From the NCBI GenBank assembly GCA_963765895.1, contig CAVXZB010000042.1, forward strand, positions 1 to 64,000: DNA of 64,000 nucleotides, given 5' to 3'. The first letter of the stretch is position 1, and each line of letters begins with the position of its first letter. Position numbers and translations under genes: made by a program. Positions 59,915 through 64,000 of this stretch are shown here, piece by piece. The DNA comes from an uncultured Nitrososphaeraceae archaeon (lineage in GTDB: Archaea; Thermoproteota; Nitrososphaeria; Nitrososphaerales; Nitrososphaeraceae). The notes under the pieces are model-generated. The model made no database searches, was not told the DNA's origin, and was given only the letters and a program-made list of their open reading frames with translations.

Positions 59915-62401
59915 CCAATATATATAGCACACATCTTGTTTAAGCCTTTCAAGCCTGGATGACATAAATCAGGTAATAATATTTTAAATCATTCAGACCA
60001 ATCTAAGGTTCGATAAATTTAGATATTTTAGTAGATAACTACACTTGTCGTGACATAATATGATATTGGTAAGGTCGAAATGGGGAATCATGAATAAAGT
60101 AATAAAAACAAGTATATAAAGAAAATCGAATCAATGACTAAGTCTCGATTCATAATCCTGGATAGAGAAAACGTCACTATAAACATAGGAAATATGGTGC
60201 TTACCAATAATAATGCCTTATAATTCGAGCTATTATAGAATTTCGGTACAAGTACTTACGTAAGTATTCATAAACAATTTAAACCTCTAATGCTGCTGAC
60301 AAACTGAACTGAAAACACCATAGCCTTCAATTGCTCAAATGCAACAGCAAGCATATCCTATTTGGTGATCTCGTTTTAATTTGATATCGATCGATTGTAG
60401 GCGTCATTGGTAATACCTAAATCTAGAGGTATCCTACTACCTAAAGGGGAAAATGATTCTAAAACTTCTGTCCAACAAGCGTTTCTCTTACAACAAGGAC
60501 TAACTGAAGGAAATCGTCTTGATCATATGTTGTAATATGTCCAAATCTAGGACATGTATTCTATCCTTCATCTCGGTGATTGACTGGGATTGAGACATTG
60601 GAGCAATATATTATAGCAGATCTTAACGCATGGCTTGAAACTCGTACCGAATTTACTAATCCTGCCATCGTGCACATATCTATTATTAGGCAGACTAATT
60701 CTATCGCCAAATAAAATAATTCATAGAACAGTTTGCATATAGACATCTTGACTCTTGGTCCAATCTTTCTTTTATTTAAGCTTGGATGTAATAATATTAT
60801 GTGTTGATTCTGCAAGAAGGCTTTTGACTAAACATCGTATAATGAGATTCCGAAATCTGAAATAAATATATAGTAAGTTAGATAATCTTTCAATCGTAAA
60901 AGTATTCATTTTGTAGGAGTATTATACTGTATAGTGAGCTAGAGAATTAGAGATCCCTCTTGTCCAATTGTAACGATACGATCACTCTGAAAATATCACT
61001 CAACTATTTTAGCTTGGTAGCCTATATTAAATCATATATTCTAAACCTTTACGTATTTTTTTACAGATTCTAATAACCTATATTGGTAAAAAAGGAATCA
61101 CCGCCCCCACAATCACTAATCAAGGGTCCCAATATTTACCTTAACCCTCTTTCCTATCATCGAGGCAGGAAGGATAATATGTGATGACGTACCACATTCT
61201 CTTACAGTATATTCAAATGTCATAGAATCTATTTTTCTATTCTGTTTTGACATTGTACTTTCTTCATCCTAAATTAATTCAATCTACTATTCTTGATATT
61301 ATTATTTTAGCATTTTCTTAAAATCTTCGCTGCTACATCGAGTAGGGCAGCGATGTAATATTGACGATCCTTGAGTGGAATCCTATTCTTTGTTTTGTTC
61401 TGGTGAACACTACGCTAGTTCAAACCTCGATATCGATTTGGCATATCTTGACAATATTTTTGAATGTGAGTTCATAAGTATATCCTACCAGCTTTTGCAT
61501 TACCCATTTTGGCAATCATCTGCAAGATTCACATTTGTCTGTTTCATTCAACACTTTTACAAGATAACCAACCCTACTTGATATATCATATAGGTAAACC
61601 TTTGTCCGATTGTCTGTTCATTCATAATAACCCGCTACATCAGTATTAAATACTGATAGACATATAAATATACCGTTCTCGTAGTGCTTGATTCTAATAT
61701 TGTACACATTTCTATAATTGTGAACAAAGACTGGCGAAATAACACGACCAGATATCTTGCAGTTCTTAATCAAATATTCCAAACTCAAAATAATAACAAT
61801 AGGTATCATACAAATTAGATTTGGTACTGGAAATATTGGTAAATACTTGTGTTAGTCAATGATTGAAATCAGATAACCAAATTACGATAATAATCAACAT
61901 CGTTAATGGGTAGATAGAACCAGTTTATTACATAGGTTAAAAATAGAGATAATTGATATGGCAATAGTATGGTAGATAATGATGAACACATTGTTAGATG
62001 TAGTATTTGCAGACGAGGATTAATAGTTAAGGATACTGTTAATGATGGGTTGCTTTCCTAAGCCATTTGGAACTAGATCATAGAATTATGTTACATTTCA
62101 AAGAATGGCCACAGAAGAGAAGCCAGTATTGAGAATTAGGATGAAAACTGTACAAGATTATGAAATACTGCATTAAATTATCGCACAATCATACAAACTG
62201 TGATAATATACAGAAGCATTCTATTCTGTCGATGGATACAGCTAATGCTTTACAGTATTACATCATATGAAGAGGCCAGAAGAAGCAGAGCGCATGCTAT
62301 TTGACTGTCTTGGAAAATAAATATCACATATCAGTCCGATAATCAAGCAAATACACAAATATCAGTTGAATTGGGCCGTACCACATATAACACTTGCAAG
62401 A

Positions 62402-63004
62402 TTATTTCTCTAATCTTGTGCTTATTTCTAGTGCATCTTCGATATTCTTATTAAATTCTAGAGTAGTTTGAGTCGTTTGGCTTTTATACAATCCAGTATT
62501 ACGAACATATACCAGATAATCTGTCATTTCGTTTTCATACAACTTTACATTATCTGCTACCACAACTGCATTTTTTTTAATTAGTTTGTTAGCCTCTAAT
62601 TGTTTGAGATATTGTAGGTATTCGCTTTTAATTGCATCTAAAAACACCAGATCAAATTTGTAGGTATTGAGTGTCGGGATAATCTTAAGCGCATTACCAC
62701 AAATTACTTCTATCCTTTTCGATAATCCTGCCTTATCTATATTTTTTCTTGCGATGTCTGCAAGGTTCTTATTTATTTCAATAGTGATTAGTTTTCCATC
62801 ATCAGGCAGTAAATCTCCCATTACTATTGCAGAATAACCATGCAAGGTTCCGACCTCCAGTATCGAGGTAGGTCCATAATTTCGAATAATGTCAGATACT
62901 ATTTTACCTTTAATAGGCCCAATTGACGGAAGATTTTCTGTTTTTGATATCCGCTCTAATTCCTTTAGAGTGCTCCGCGTCTTTTCGTTTGTATATCTGG
63001 CCAT
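62402..63004 (-). CDS. Class I SAM-dependent O-methyltransferase
   Basis: ILEVGTLHGYSAI, LITIEIN, FDLVFLDA, VVVADNV. Confidence 0.9.
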   Translation of the reverse strand: MARYTNEKTRSTLKELERISKTENLPSIGPIKGKIVSDIIRNYGPTSILEVGTLHGYSAIVMGDLLPDDGKLITIEINKNLADIARKNIDKAGLSKRIEVICGNALKIIPTLNTYKFDLVFLDAIKSEYLQYLKQLEANKLIKKNAVVVADNVKLYENEMTDYLVYVRNTGLYKSQTTQTTLEFNKNIEDALEISTRLEK

Positions 63005-63135
63005 AAATATTGTTAGTGAAGAATTGTCTATGCCATACTTAAAAGATACTATTTCCCAAATCTAATCTATTAATTCAGAAATATATACACACTTATGAAT
63101 CTCTTGCTATATAACTACATGGAGGTCTTGAACAT

Positions 63136-63351
63136 ATGGTTAAAACACTTCGAATCGATAAAGATAACAATGTCATAACTTTAGAAGTTACTGAGAACGA
63201 ACTTCGGAATATAATATCTTCAATAGAGAATATGGTTTACAAACAGAAAAGGGATCTGCTAGGAAATCTTCCCTCTGACGAAGAAGGTAGACGAAAGTTA
63301 GATGCTTATTTGGCATTAAAAGAGGATCTTCGTAAAATCGTAGAGATGTAG
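63136..63351 (+). CDS. Hypothetical protein
   Basis: 71-aa ATG ORF with ggagg upstream. Confidence 0.6.
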   Translation: MVKTLRIDKDNNVITLEVTENELRNIISSIENMVYKQKRDLLGNLPSDEEGRRKLDAYLALKEDLRKIVEM

Positions 63352-64000
63352 AGTAATTCAATTCCATCGCAAATAATTCTTTATAGAATGTAGAGTAAAT
63401 AGAGAAACTCACTTCTGAATTCCCTATGAATGTAATATGGATGCACTTTCATCGTTTAGTTTTTAATTCCTCCTATTTCATCTAAACTACTTAGCATAGA
63501 ACAAAGTGGAGGGCTATCATTGTTTCAAAATTCTTGAATAAGAATCATCTAACATCAAAACAATTTTATGGTACTATTCATGAAATGAAATGAATCTATA
63601 GAACACAAATTCAAATATTCTTTAGAGACAGCAAAACAGAATTCAAATTCAAATTGTAGAGCAAGGATAATCATACGATCTTAAACTATACTTAAATCCT
63701 TTAATAGTGATTATTAGAAAGACAGTTGCAAAGGTAATAAGATACAATCAATGAAGCAAACAAATTGCTATTGAACCTAATACTGAATAACTAGACCAAG
63801 TTCATGTATCTTAATCTTTATTGTAATAGCATTGTATTCGGATAGCATTGAAATGGAAAAACGTGAATCCACGAATTAGGCAACTGTTATTGAGGATACT
63901 TGCTTGTTACTCTACGATTTTTATTACCTTACAATCTTAGCTAAGATCTGGAGTCATTAAATAGTTATAGTGCATCGTGAAATGACCCTTATCTACATGT

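Noticed and set aside
60561-62340. Possible gene relics (MEDS-like and others)
   Set aside because: Too degraded to assign without a frameshift-aware search

Overview
AT-rich archaeal DNA. The gene repertoire (archaeal-type GlyA, MEDS-domain protein, soluble histidine kinases, stand-alone receiver proteins, PriX-like primase fragment, many Cys/His microproteins) best fits a soil ammonia-oxidising archaeon (Nitrososphaeraceae); this is inferred from protein style, not from a database search. The window is low-density accessory sequence with no rRNA, tRNA or CRISPR that I could see. It holds glyA, corA, two-component genes and a redox block (Zn-ADH, aldehyde dehydrogenase, NDH-2, Mo-oxidoreductase, patatin, Rieske-FNR fusion, pyruvate oxidase-like). 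It also holds stress-type genes (ferritin-like, PRC-barrel-like, DUF2795, DUF1059) and two IS5-family elements with intact inverted repeats and target duplications, each splitting a gene. About a dozen genes, including glyA, carry single-base frameshifts, probably partly consensus errors; others show real deletions. Most notable: (1) two paralogous HTH/coiled-coil genes, each preceded by a roughly helically phased TGAC repeat array just upstream of its TATA box; (2) a signal-less HiPIP-like 4-Cys protein before a kinase; (3) a PRC-like, ferritin and small-membrane-protein module with duplicated 57-59 aa genes missed by the ORF track; (4) a duplicated variable-loop hairpin beside the primase-like gene.
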